Assembly (NCBI GenBank): GCA_017499595.2
Contig: CM039006.1
Span: 682,001 to 746,000 of the forward strand
DNA from: Psilocybe cubensis
Lineage: Eukaryota
Length of the DNA: 64,000 nt
Direction: 5' to 3'
A program made the position numbers and the translations under genes. Of this stretch, positions 13,976 through 25,596 are shown piece by piece; the stretch's first letter is position 1, and each line of letters starts with the position of its first letter. Under the pieces are notes generated by a model. It did no database searches and was not told where the DNA came from. It saw only the letters and a program-made list of their open reading frames with translations.

Positions 13976-16893
13976 AATGCGTTGTAAGAAAATTGAGGTG
14001 TGATCTTATCTTATCTTATCCGATTTCTGATTAGAACTCCGGAGACAGACCTTTTTCCGACAATTCTTCGCATTAGACTTTATTTCACCAATCGTGTTTG
14101 AGGCGTTTCGAGCTTTGTTTATAGAAGATACGCAGAGCTGCTATGTAGGAGAGCACCACAACCTTCTACCACTTGCTGGTTCATGGGTGTCTCGGTACGC
14201 CCCTTCGCTTCTCGAAACTTAGCCATAGCCTAACCGAGAGATAAGGAATGGATGAATGTTGTACTAGGCTGCGCTGCTGCGGGCACAGGCTGTCGTAGAA
14301 CTAGGAGCAGTTGGACTCGGGACGCACATGATACTCTGTACGTAGCGGGCCCCCCATGCGATTGCGATTGTGCCAAGTCTACTTACCTGGTTCGGTAACC
14401 GACTGGTGACGCGGGGCCACGAGATGATTTTTTGATCTTTAATTTTTTTTCTTTCGGGAATCGGGGCGCCTTCGACGAGGACGAGGGGAGTCGGGAGATG
14501 GCTGTTCCTACGATATGGGTCTGCATTTTCGTTGAAGGTGTGGATTTGTGCTTTACTTGTAATGTTAAGAGGCACTCTCATTGAGGTCGCCAACAGCCTA
14601 CAGGACACACGCCAATCAGAACTCCTGAAGAGAACCTAACGTTTCTATTTTACAACGTTAGCGGCGGTGCCTAACTGCACTTTTGCTTGAATGTATGTAA
14701 ATTATAAAATTGTATTGATCTATATCTATACTATGATTCTATCATCTCCACTAACCCCCTTTCCCCCTCTCCCCTGTCGGTATTTATAGGCCGCTTTTTT
14801 TTCCAGGCAGCATGATACTTATATAAAGCACGGCGTCTTGCAGATGTCCATCAGTCGCATGTAGCTGGGTGCTCCTAATTCACTGCACTCGTTCGTCGCC
14901 CATCTCCCAAGACTCCCATCGGCCACCGCTCAGTGTCACCTTGCATCGCCTATCGCCGACATTCGCGCGTCAATTTGTGGATTCGATTCGATTCATAACC
15001 CGCTGGCAATTACATAGTGGTCCCTGTTCCTTCTTCTATTCTACGCGAACGCGCACACACCTTCGAAGAATCTTTGACCCCACCACGTCCACGTCACTGT
15101 GCAAACGGAATAACCCAAGGGATGTCTACCAGTGCTACGGAGCGTGTATCTGAGGTCTGCAAGACCGTGTCGACGTATTGGGCACAGGGGCGGGAGTACT
15201 ACCAGCTGCCATCGACGACTTATTACAATAATACGTCTTGTTGCGGTGGCGCTTCGGGTGAACTTGGTCTCGGTGCATTGCGGGTGCAGAAGCTCCTGTG
15301 TCGTCGTTCGCGGTATTACTGTGCGTTTTAATTGTATCAAAAGTTTTGTTACCCGTGGCTTGCGCTAAAACTCGGGTTGTGGGTCTATTATAGGGGCTGC
15401 TTTCTTTTCGCAGAGTCTGCAATACTTCCTACAGATTATCCTGTTTCACTCGTCGACGTACTTTGCTGCAAGTATGATCATCTTTCTTTGGGATGAAGTG
15501 TGTAAGGCTGAATTGACTGAAATGTTGTTTTCTCTCTCTCTAGCTACAAGGTTCGTGCTGGTGACGGGACAATCGATGATGTGGCTCGTGTGCTGGGGTG
15601 TCCTGTAACTATCCTTTTGTCTCTTTGCAAATCGGGGCTATTCTCATTACCAAATTGTATCTTCAGGTGTTTGAAAAAGTATAATACAGATACCAACGAC
15701 CTTCAAGAAATTAGACGAAATGCTCTGATCCATATATTTTACTCGCTATTTAGCATGCTGTGTTGTCTTTGTGAGTCGGGCGGCGGTTTCAACTGATGAC
15801 AGCATCTGTATTAAAATTATACAATGCTGATTGACATGCGCTTTCTTCTTTTTTCCCCACAGTAACTATATCCTTCATGTGCATCGTTAGCGCTTCGCAT
15901 AACCCAGACGGCCATCTATTTTTACGGCCACTAATTTTAACACTCCTAGTTGTGTGTGCAGCTTCGTGTAAGCACCGCTTTTTTACTCGTTGCCTTTTGC
16001 TAAAGCAACACGGCTGACTATCTGACCGACTCTGTGGATGCTATGGCGTTCTGATTGTTTAGCTTGCGTTGCTGCACGATTGACGTTCCTGGCATTGAAG
16101 CATTCCCGCATTGCAGGGTCTGTAACCATCGCCCTTCCTAATACTAATAATAGTGCTTCAGCTGGACCATTGGATTTGGGAGCTAGGACTTCGCTGGCTG
16201 CTGCGGAGACGGACGCGACTACTCGGCTTTTGGCGGATACGGATACCCCATGAAACTGGATTCAAACTTATCAACAAATGTACACTAATAATTTCAAGCT
16301 AATAGAAACGTAACGAAACCATTCACGATGACTATTCTCTTTCGAAATGAAGTTTGTTTGAACCAAATCGCCGCGGTTCCAAATCTAACTTCCTGGGTAC
16401 GCAGCTGCATTGTAGTCAAATTAACCCCTATTCGCTATCATTTGCCAACGCACTACTCTTGATTGGTTAGAAGCCTGAAAGACCATAAAGCTTTCATCGC
16501 ACGATCAGAAATTACGATAATTGGGGTCGTTGACAGGCGTTCCATCATCTTCTTTACACGCGCTTATACAAAAATATCCCAAAATGCTGTGGACCTGCCG
16601 CTGACACGATGACTACGGAGAAGAGGAACCACTTGTGCGGCGTAAAGCATCATGATTGCTGACTAGTGTTTATGTGATGATACAGTCCGCTCATAAACGC
16701 TCGCTTCCCTGAGTTTGCCTTTCCCTCTTTTTCTCCACCGTTCTCCACCCCACCTGTCTTGTCGTCGCTCTTTACACTTGAAAATAGCCTCAGTACTTCG
16801 CAGTCTTTTTTTTCTTTTTTTGCTCAGCCGTTAAGCGTCGAATTTCAGTTTCGTCAAATACGTCTGTACTGTACAAGTTACAGCTCCTACGAA

Positions 16894-17890
16894 ATGGCAG
16901 AACACTCCGACATGTATCTCAAAGATTCCAAGGAGCCGTTGACTGTCACTCCCGTATCCCTTGATTACCTCGTTGAAAAATACCCAGACAATATCGACTT
17001 GGAGATTATGGATTACTTCGGTATTAAGAACCAGGACTTCGAGTCCATCTGTGAAAGCGATCTTCCGGAGGAGGTCGAGAGTGCCAATTGGGCTCGACGT
17101 GTTCGCTATTTCTGTGAGTCCTCTTTAGCTCTGTTTAGGTGATGGGGTTTCTTATATGTAATTCTGGACACAGGGATTGCTTTCTCGTTGCAAATGTCTA
17201 CCTACCCTATACACGTCCTTGTCTTTCTCCTCTCAGGTTCAGTCAAGCACTGTGAGCTTTTAATTGATATAGTTATTTTGCTTAACCTAGATGCTCACTG
17301 CAATGAATTTCAAGTCAATGTATATGCAGCTGTTGTTCCGTCAGTCACCTTCGTGCCCGCTTTTGCTTCGTGAGTGTTCTATTGGAGGCCTCCCTCTACT
17401 GTCCCTTTTACTTATAGTAACGCGGCTCTCTGTTGCGGTTATGTGATAGGCTCTTTTTCCAGCTGAATGGCCACCAATATCTCTCCGAAGGCATGATCTG
17501 TATAGCCAGTGGATTTAATGCGTTTCTCGGTGGTAAATCCCCACAGATTTTTTTCAGTGATAATTCTCTGAGCATAGATGATTTGCAGTCATGCTTTGGG
17601 TTGGATGTCTCTTATTTGACCAGGAATACCATACACCGGAGGATGTGCAGTATTCCAGTAATCCCTTGTTTATATGGCTGCTTATTGCGGCTGCAGCAAT
17701 ATGTACGCGAATTATTTCATATGAAAGGTATGGCACTAAATTTAAATTCCTAGCCCTCGTTTCCACGCGGATTGTATACTTGGGACATCACTACAAGGGA
17801 GGAAGGAGTCTGTTTGGTGTACCGGACCTTGATGCTGATGGCAATTTTCCGCGACCTGCCAAAGACTCGTTTTTCAGCTTTTACTTTTAG
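16894..17890 (+). CDS. Hypothetical multi-pass membrane protein (7 exons, manually assembled)
   Basis: Six short GT...AG introns join the exons in frame: MAEHSDMYL...WARRVRYFWIAFSLQMSTYPIHVLVFLL...VYAAVVPSVTFVPAFASNAALCCGMICIASGFNAFLGVMLWVGCLLF...LFIWLLIAAAAISLVSTRIVY...FFSFYF*. The product has about four hydrophobic segments. Confidence 0.6.
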
Positions 17891-18852
17891 AGTGCCTGCA
17901 GGGACGCTTGTGGTTAGTCACTGCGACCGATACTTGCTTTGCGGTTCTCGGCGATGCTGTCTATTTCTCGCTCAAGTTTCCATCGCTAAGTTTAAAGAGT
18001 TACCCCGACCATAACACTGAGCAGGTATGAAGGAGTAGTTTTTAACGGACCGCGTACTACTAAAAGTATTGAAAATTGTTCGGTGTGATCATGTGTGTAC
18101 GTAGGTAAATGTATTTAATCAATGCCGTAGCGCTCGTATCTCGATGATGATTATTTGGCCCCAATTTCTAGGAAATCCTTAACCCTGAGTACTGAGTCCC
18201 TGACTCCTGCCTTTGGATTGGTATCCATTTGTCTTACTTACGATGCGTTGAGCCCGCCACCCTTCTCTTTCCCTTCTTTAAAGTTAACTATCTTTCCCTG
18301 GAATCATGGACACTTAAATTTGAAATTGTGCCTTCATAATGCTGCGCGTACGGGACAGGACGATCAATGGACAGTGTGTTGTCGAAAGTGGACCCTTTCG
18401 ACAATCTACCCCCTGGCCGGCAGCATATGCGAGCACGTCTCCGTCCTGACAGGGAGGACAGGCACTCTTAGACTTGGTTCAACACCCGTCAATATCGTTC
18501 CTTATTCTCTCATTTCCGATGAGTGTGGCTTGCATTCCTTTGAAGTTTTTGTTTTATAATCGTTAGAACTCTGGAGGTTCTTCAAATACAAAATCAATTC
18601 ATGCATCTTAGTGATTACTTGAATAAAATTTTTGAAAAATACATTGTCGGAATTGTGACGATTGTGAAGAAACCTTAGGCAGGCCCTTCTCACCGCGGTT
18701 GAGTCTTGTCTCTTTTCGGTTCTAGATAAGGCAGGTACGTCTTTGTTTTGAAAAGAGGGAGACAGCGGAGCTCGAAATATTATAAGTCAGAAACGGCTGT
18801 TGTACGAGCCTGATGAAACCTCTTTTTTCGTTTTAGCCACCGATGATCATAG

Positions 18853-20238
18853 ATGGACCAACCTGAGCTTCAATATTCATTGCCACACGAACTGGAGGAA
18901 CAGATACTCCAATATCTCAGTCATGATATTCCATCACTCAAAGCAACCTCCCTGGCTTGCCACCGCTTCGCCTACACATCCCGAAAGTACTTGTTCAACA
19001 CAGTTGTGCTCACCTTTTCTTCCCATGGAGTCATACAAACTTCCCCAAGACGGTTTATGGAAATTCTCATATCTTCACCCTACATAGGCGACTTTGTGCA
19101 AAATCTGTCAATTGTTGATGACCGATACAAGATCGGAGGATATACCCATCTTCGCTTTGATACCATTCTTCCCACATGTCTACCTTTACTGAAAGGTCTA
19201 CGAGCCATTGCCGTGCAAAGCAACTCACTGACCTCGCTTGGATGGGACGCAATGTCCACAGATGTTCAGAATGCACTAGAGGATGCCTTCCAAGCTCCTA
19301 CTTTAGTCAGCCTATCTTTTTACCGCATCCTTGACGTTCCTCTGCGTTTGCTCTCCATGCCGCCCTCTCTAAAAAACCTATCCCTCAGACTAGTCACATT
19401 CAAAAAGGCCACAGGTCTGAATGGCAGTCGGGATGTCGGTAAATTACCTCGTCTTACATCTCTCTTGCTGATGCTCTCCGACTCGACCTTCAACCTTTTC
19501 TCTCAATGGATCGCGAGCCAAGAATCATCTCTGGATATTTCAGACGTTCGGAAATTGTCGGTCACAATGACGATGGAGTACTATGACCACGGGAATGTTC
19601 GTATGCTGCTGGATGCTACTGCCTCCTCTCTGGAAATCTTCTGTTTTAGTCCCGTATTTGGAGGTTTTTATCTCCTTGGCTTGTTACCTTTGCTTCTGCT
19701 TACATCACATCGTCTAGGGCCGTCAAATATAGTTGATATAAATCCCATCCAGGTTGACAATCTCCGCAATTTGAGAGTTTTGCGCCTCCGTCTAGGAATG
19801 ATGCAAGTGCTATTAAACCGTCATCCCCCAAACTTTTCCTCTTGGGTTCTGAGAATCATATCTCAATTAAACTCAGAAAATCTATATGAAATTTCTCTGA
19901 AGCTCGACTTTGCGCGTCAATTACAAGAAGGACGACTTGTGTTTGACACCTCGGGTTGGTCCACTTTGGATTCCGAGATAACAAAATCCTGTCCCTATTT
20001 ACGCAAATTCAGGGTGTATGTTCTTGACGAAGACGGCAGTGGTGACGAAGTGAGGTCGTCTTTACAAAGTCAGTTGGTGAGCCTTGTGGCTCGTGGGATT
20101 TTGAGCATTGAAGTAGCATCGTGTAGGTTCTTTTTACAGGATCTTAATTTGTCCTTCACTAACTATACTCATACAGCGCGGATGGGATTCCTCGTATCGG
20201 AATCACCCTTCATATCTCCTGCAAGTCATATAATATAA
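18853..20238 (+). CDS. F-box / LRR-like protein of the expanded Agaricomycete family
   Basis: N-terminal LPHELEEQILQYLSHDIPSLKATSLACHRFAYTSRKYLF F-box pattern, followed by LxxLxL repeats. Two probable in-frame introns lie near the 3' end. Confidence 0.8.
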   Translation: MDQPELQYSLPHELEEQILQYLSHDIPSLKATSLACHRFAYTSRKYLFNTVVLTFSSHGVIQTSPRRFMEILISSPYIGDFVQNLSIVDDRYKIGGYTHLRFDTILPTCLPLLKGLRAIAVQSNSLTSLGWDAMSTDVQNALEDAFQAPTLVSLSFYRILDVPLRLLSMPPSLKNLSLRLVTFKKATGLNGSRDVGKLPRLTSLLLMLSDSTFNLFSQWIASQESSLDISDVRKLSVTMTMEYYDHGNVRMLLDATASSLEIFCFSPVFGGFYLLGLLPLLLLTSHRLGPSNIVDINPIQVDNLRNLRVLRLRLGMMQVLLNRHPPNFSSWVLRIISQLNSENLYEISLKLDFARQLQEGRLVFDTSGWSTLDSEITKSCPYLRKFRVYVLDEDGSGDEVRSSLQSQLVSLVARGILSIEVASCRFFLQDLNLSFTNYTHTARMGFLVSESPFISPASHII

Positions 20239-20763
20239 CGATTTATCTAGTAGGTTTGGCTTCTCAAATGTATTCAATATGTATCGTGGAACTATAAACA
20301 GAAGATTCGCGTGTAAATGCCAATTAGTCAGTTGTTCAAAATTACACAGCTTCGCCTGACTGCTTGCTGAGCCGAAAGGAAGTTCATGTTAAACTCTTTT
20401 TGAACTGTTGCGCCTATGATCGAACATTCTTTCTTGGAATGGCTCAACTTTTGTACGAAGGTGTGGAAGCAAAGTCAGAGAACGTGGAGGGTGCAGTTAG
20501 TAGTTGGTACGAAAGAGGAGTTGGCTTGCTCCAAATTGTGAGGGCCGCTTAATATGAAGTGTAAGCGCCTGAACGAGTACGGCGGTACGCTATGTTTTGC
20601 AGAATCCTAGGCGTGAACTCTGCTTGAAACTATTATTATCCTAGTCGAAGAACTCAACCTGATGGCTAGGTCAAATGCGGTGAAATCAAGTTCAAGGATG
20701 GTAACTTGAATGAATTAAAGACAAATATTGAAAGATTGAACAAAACTGGACGGGCCCTCTACG

Positions 20764-20791
20764 TCTACCCCTATGTCACCATAGGGGTAGA
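20764..20791. repeat. Perfect 12-bp inverted repeat with 4-nt loop
   Basis: TCTACCCCTATG-TCAC-CATAGGGGTAGA. Confidence 0.85.
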
Positions 20792-21059
20792 GCCACCAAC
20801 ATAACAATGCCAAACATGGCCGGTAACAGTAGCCAATGGCCATTGTCAATTCTTCAAGATCTCCCTCCTAACCACAAATTTTATCAACTTGGATAAAGAT
20901 TCTCGAAAAACCTAGCTGCAATATGAACGAGATGATCAAAAACTAGTTTTCTTCTCCGAGACGCCTTCCAAGAACCTGCTGCACAGTGCAAATTCAACGT
21001 GCAACCGGTCACTGAGTTGGGTTCAGATAGCGGTCGTGTTATTCGTACCTTGACGAAAA

Positions 21060-22903
21060 ATGGAGCCAATATCCATTGCGTGAGGACCCCTTTGACTCTA
21101 TACACGATCCTAATTGAGAATACTGCAGGATGATATCTGATTTTTTCTATCCAGCCGTCGGAGGAGTCGAAAACCACATCTATATGCTCAGCGCGAACCT
21201 CATTCGTAGAGGACACAAAGTAATGAACATGGCCTTTTAATGTGCATATTGGTCTTGAATGCAAATAGGTCATTGTCATAACACATAGCCATGCACCAGA
21301 TCGTGTTGGAATCCGCTGGCTTCTTCCGTCTCTGAAAGTGTACTACATCCCACACCTCCCTATTGCGTCGTCCGCCACGTTGCCCAACTTCTTCACCTCG
21401 CTTCCATATCTCCGCACAATTCTCCTACGTGAACATATCCATCTCATTCATGCACATGCCAGTCTTTCTTCCATCGGACACGAAGGTATCCTTCATTCGC
21501 ATCTCATGGGTATACGGACAGTCTTCACAGACCACAGTCTGTTCGGGTTTGATGACGCGGCGAGCATATTAACCAATAAGCTCATGGTTGGAACTTTGAA
21601 AAACGTGGATGCTGTTATATGCGTGTCTCATACTGGGTACGTTTTCCACCAAGTAAAAAAAAATTCATTCATTTTAGCTAAACTTTATGGAGACGCGAGA
21701 ACACGGTTCTGCGGGGACAGTTATTTGAAAGGAATCCAGAAGACCCGGAGGTCCTTCAGCTGCGGAAAAGTGTCTACGTTATCCCCAACTCCATAGTGGC
21801 CCAACAGTTCCAACCATCCATCCAGAAACGCAATGAAACCAGTACGTCAGTCCAAGTCAAGAATTTGGCTCAAATAAGCTGACACCAAACTATCTAGCTA
21901 CTATCGTTGTCTTGTCGCGACTCGCCTACCGCAAAGGGGTCGATCTATTCGTAGCCACAGCGCCCAAGATTTGCCAACTCTTCCCCAATGTCAATTTTGT
22001 TGTTGGTGTGTGAGGTCCGATTTGCGGCGGAAATTTTGCTTTATCTCTATTACTTTAGGTGGTGATGGTCCCAAGCTCATTGATATCCTTCAAATGCGGG
22101 AGAAACATCGACTCCAGGACAGAATTGAGCTTTTAGGTCCTGTGCGACACAAAGATGTTCTATCTGTAAGTCTGGGTGTTTGAACAACAGCTCGCTGCTG
22201 AAAACCTTTTTCAGGTTCTTTCTAGGGGTTCAATCTTCATGAATACGTCCCTGACCGAATCATTTGGCATTGCCATTTTGGAGGCTGCTTGTGCCGGACT
22301 TTACGTCGTCTCCACTAAAGTAGGAGGAGTTCCGGAAATATTACCCGAAGATATGATTAGTTTTGCAACGCCGGAAGAAGACGGTGAGTACGATGATCGT
22401 TTACCTTAATAGTACTTTCTGAAGGTATGCAGATGTGATAAGAGCAATCTCGGAGGCCATCGAGATCATTCAGAATGGACGCCACGACCCAATACAGGCA
22501 CATGAACGCATCAAACAATTTTATAACTGGGAAGACGTAGCTGAACGCACGGAAAAGGTTTACGACACCGTTTTGAAAACTCCGCAGATAGATTTGATGG
22601 AACGCATTCATAGGTATGTACTTCTTTCGTTTCCAAAACGATGGATTAATCGTTGTCTACCTAGAACTATGGATATTGGCCCATTCGCCGGCTTGATATA
22701 CACAATTATTTTACTTGTTGACTGCATTTTTTTCTTAATTCTGGAATGGTGGATGCCACGAGATGATATTCATTATGTACATCATCATTGGGACCAAAAC
22801 GTATTTAGACAGGTGAGTAGGAGCGTTCTTGGCAATGATTCTACTTCTTGATATTCGTTTGTAGCTTGTTGTTGACGCTCAAGATGAACGGACCACTGAC
22901 TAG
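21060..22903 (+). CDS. GPI3: Phosphatidylinositol N-acetylglucosaminyltransferase catalytic subunit (PIG-A/Spt14, GT4)
   Basis: [101 protein letters not shown], plus a C-terminal TM segment. Confidence 0.95.
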
Positions 22904-23262
22904 TCATAGATCCTAGATCACAATACCCTAATAAACCGATATACTCATTATATCTCTATGACGATGTTCGCCATGGTCCAGGCGTCACAGAACGACGACA
23001 TGAACAATTCATATGCACTCATTAATTCGCACTGCACGTGTCTTATAAAACTAGCGAACAGACTCGTTTGTCAACTTTAATGTTTCGAGAAACGGCCTTT
23101 GTCTGGTTTGGTATGCTATATATCCACCCCCTACCACTCTTTCGATATCTTCTCCTTCCTCTTCGCCTTCCGGTGCTCATTTGGAATCAACAATTCATAC
23201 CCAAGCAAGCCACTAACCAAGTTCCACAACATTCCTTGTAACCGGTTCGACACCTACGCCAG

Positions 23263-24027
23263 ATGTCCAATGAGGCCTCTCCTGGTGATACCAGGGCAGC
23301 TCCTAATTTCTCGATGCGACTGCCTGCCTGTGGCATCACAATCAATTTAACAAACTCGCAGTTGGAAATGCTGATTTCTCGGGGTATGTTTAACCTTCCC
23401 CGAGCAAACGAAAGTGGTGGTGGATCTTCACCCGCTACGTACCCTCCTATCCTGGGTCCTCCTTTTGTTAGATCCAACACGCAGTGGCGGGAGCCATGGA
23501 TTGAGTCTATCCTCGATATTTTTCCCTGCGTATCTCATTCTATGATCCTCGCAATCGCCCGTCACGAATTCATTCCTCTAAACTTGTATCAGTTGAATTC
23601 CGTCACAGACCCTTCTGCTCCCCGCGCCGGATCTCTCGACGATTACCCCGATTTTTTGTCAGTGTTGGAGCCATTGTGTGTATATTTTCAAATCCTGGGA
23701 TCCTATGCTGCCACGGGTGGAGACGCTAACGCCGTGCTATCGGTGCAAAAAGCATTTACTGGTTATTGCCTTCACCTCTCGAAACTAAGCCGCACCTATC
23801 AGTGGCAGCATGTGCTGCAGTACCATCTTCATTTCTTCCGCCGTCGATCGTTCGAAATGTTGGCGGGCGACTTCTCTGGATGGCTTGTTCCTGAAAACGA
23901 ATTAGTCGGTCTGTATCTAGTAGGTCGAAACCGGCTGCGAGCTGCATCATTCAAGAGTGACCGTACCAAGTTCTCTCCCGGGTCCTCGTCCTCGTCTTCA
24001 TCTGGGACCGATCCATATACCACCTAA
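23263..24027 (+). CDS. Intronless ORF resembling the gag-like ORF1 of fungal DIRS/tyrosine-recombinase retroelements (orphan)
   Basis: 254-aa ORF with IARHEFIPLNLYQL and YQWQHVLQYHLHFFRRRSFEMLAGDFSGW, a pattern I associate with DIRS-type gag. No RT or recombinase ORF is adjacent. Confidence 0.55.
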   Translation: MSNEASPGDTRAAPNFSMRLPACGITINLTNSQLEMLISRGMFNLPRANESGGGSSPATYPPILGPPFVRSNTQWREPWIESILDIFPCVSHSMILAIARHEFIPLNLYQLNSVTDPSAPRAGSLDDYPDFLSVLEPLCVYFQILGSYAATGGDANAVLSVQKAFTGYCLHLSKLSRTYQWQHVLQYHLHFFRRRSFEMLAGDFSGWLVPENELVGLYLVGRNRLRAASFKSDRTKFSPGSSSSSSSGTDPYTT

Positions 24028-24477
24028 TTTGGCATTATTAATTGGGTGAGTGCTTCAACTTTACGACGACGTTCTATCAAACCTTCACTGTTGATATTAC
24101 AATTACTGATTCTTCTTTGTCCATCAGTCGTTACTTACCAATTTGGAGATTACCAAAATTGGGCGCTTATCCCATTTGATAAACAATGAACCATATTATT
24201 ATCACCCTTACTCATCTTATTGTAAGAGAAGGTATTGTAGCTTTTGAGAAGGGGTGACAAGTTGTCAAAAATATATCATATTGCAGCAGTAGAGTGTATT
24301 CATAAACTTCAAAGAGTAAAACATAACGTTAGTCAAAGGTTTCGTTCTACCAACGCAAGTATTCTCTTTGGGCTATGAAGTTGATTGCAAGCAGAATACA
24401 TGGACAGCGAAGAAGTTTTCTGTGGAATAAAGGGGAAAAGCGTAAGTGAGAGCGCAAATCCATTGTATTGTATTTAC

Positions 24478-24798
24478 CTAATTGATGGCCCAGACACCGC
24501 TTCCAGAGACGCTGCTGGGAGGAGAAATAGGCATGTCGAGAACTCCTTCGATGACAGGCCCGTTGGTCAACGTGAGCTTGATGTTGTTGACCCCGAGCTG
24601 GCCGTCGAATTGACGAGTAGCGGTGAGCTCATTGTCGGCATTGTATTTCAAAGTGGCATTTGCCGAGTTGAAAGTCTGGATGCTGGAACTGAAATTTCCG
24701 AGATAGTTGACCTGCATGCCGCTTCCAGGAAGGACAAAGGTAGCTGTGAAGCGGGTACCAGATGTTCCGGTGATTCTGCCTTGAGCGGTTTTAGACAT
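24478..24798 (-). CDS. Small (106 aa) cytoplasmic all-beta protein, Vap (Rhodococcus equi virulence-associated protein)-like barrel predicted
   Basis: Clean ORF with alternating strand patterns and C-terminal SGSGVW, no signal peptide. A TATA-like box lies at about 24930, with a 5'-UTR intron (about 24821-24867) and an intron directly after the stop. The family assignment is inference. Confidence 0.7.
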   Translation of the reverse strand: MSKTAQGRITGTSGTRFTATFVLPGSGMQVNYLGNFSSSIQTFNSANATLKYNADNELTATRQFDGQLGVNNIKLTLTNGPVIEGVLDMPISPPSSVSGSGVWAIN

Positions 24799-25596
24799 TG
24801 TTGATGCCTTTGATAGAGACTGTAATCAGAAAGGCAGATTTGTGTACTGACTCTATCTAGAGCTTACTGTTTATGAGATGTAGATGAATAAAGTTCTCTG
24901 ACTTTCATCGGTTTGCACGATGGGCTTTTATACATACCAGAGTGTCGATGTGGAAAATTTAGAAATTTTTTCCAAGTTACTGTTTGAAAGATTGCACAAA
25001 GAATTTTGACTGAAGCAATGCTTTGAAGGCTTCCATAATTTCTTGCTTTAGAAATCATAACAGTGATATGCAAGCTGAATTTCTCTCGTAAATTAGTTAT
25101 GTCATAGCTTTACAGTTAGATTAGAATATTCAGCATAAATCGAGTCGAAATGGAATCATTTAAACTCCAATCCATTGACATGATTAATGGTGTTGATCAA
25201 GCTGTCTTTAATAGATGCATTCAACTCATCTTTCGGGAGATCGCCATGGAGGAAGAAAAATGTGAATGCTTCCAAGAGTTACAAAGAGAAGAGAACTTAT
25301 ATCAAGTGGAGAGCAGTTTTCGAACGCTGTGGCTTTGGGAACGACGCAGTCAGGAATGTGTAGCACAGCACGAGTAGATTGTGTCTTGCGGCTGGTCAAT
25401 TATTTTTGCAAGTATATGGATTAATAGCGAGTACGAGTATACACAATAGTAGTGTTCAATGACGGGCGCTTAATAATCCAGCTTTCCCTCAATGTATGCC
25501 AGTGGGCTATGCGCAACATCATGACAACTAAACAGAAGAAAGTATTTCAGGTATATCAATTATGTCTAATAGCAATGACATCTACAATAAACACTA

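Noticed and set aside
14381-14440. ACTTACCTGG resembling the 5' end of U1 snRNA
   Set aside because: It lacks the U1 stem-loop I GATCA and loop II ATTGCAC motifs. It is better explained as a minus-strand CAG/GTAAGT splice-donor-like sequence or chance.
14760-16300. TATA-like boxes and splice-like signals suggesting a gene
   Set aside because: No coherent spliced reading frame could be assembled.
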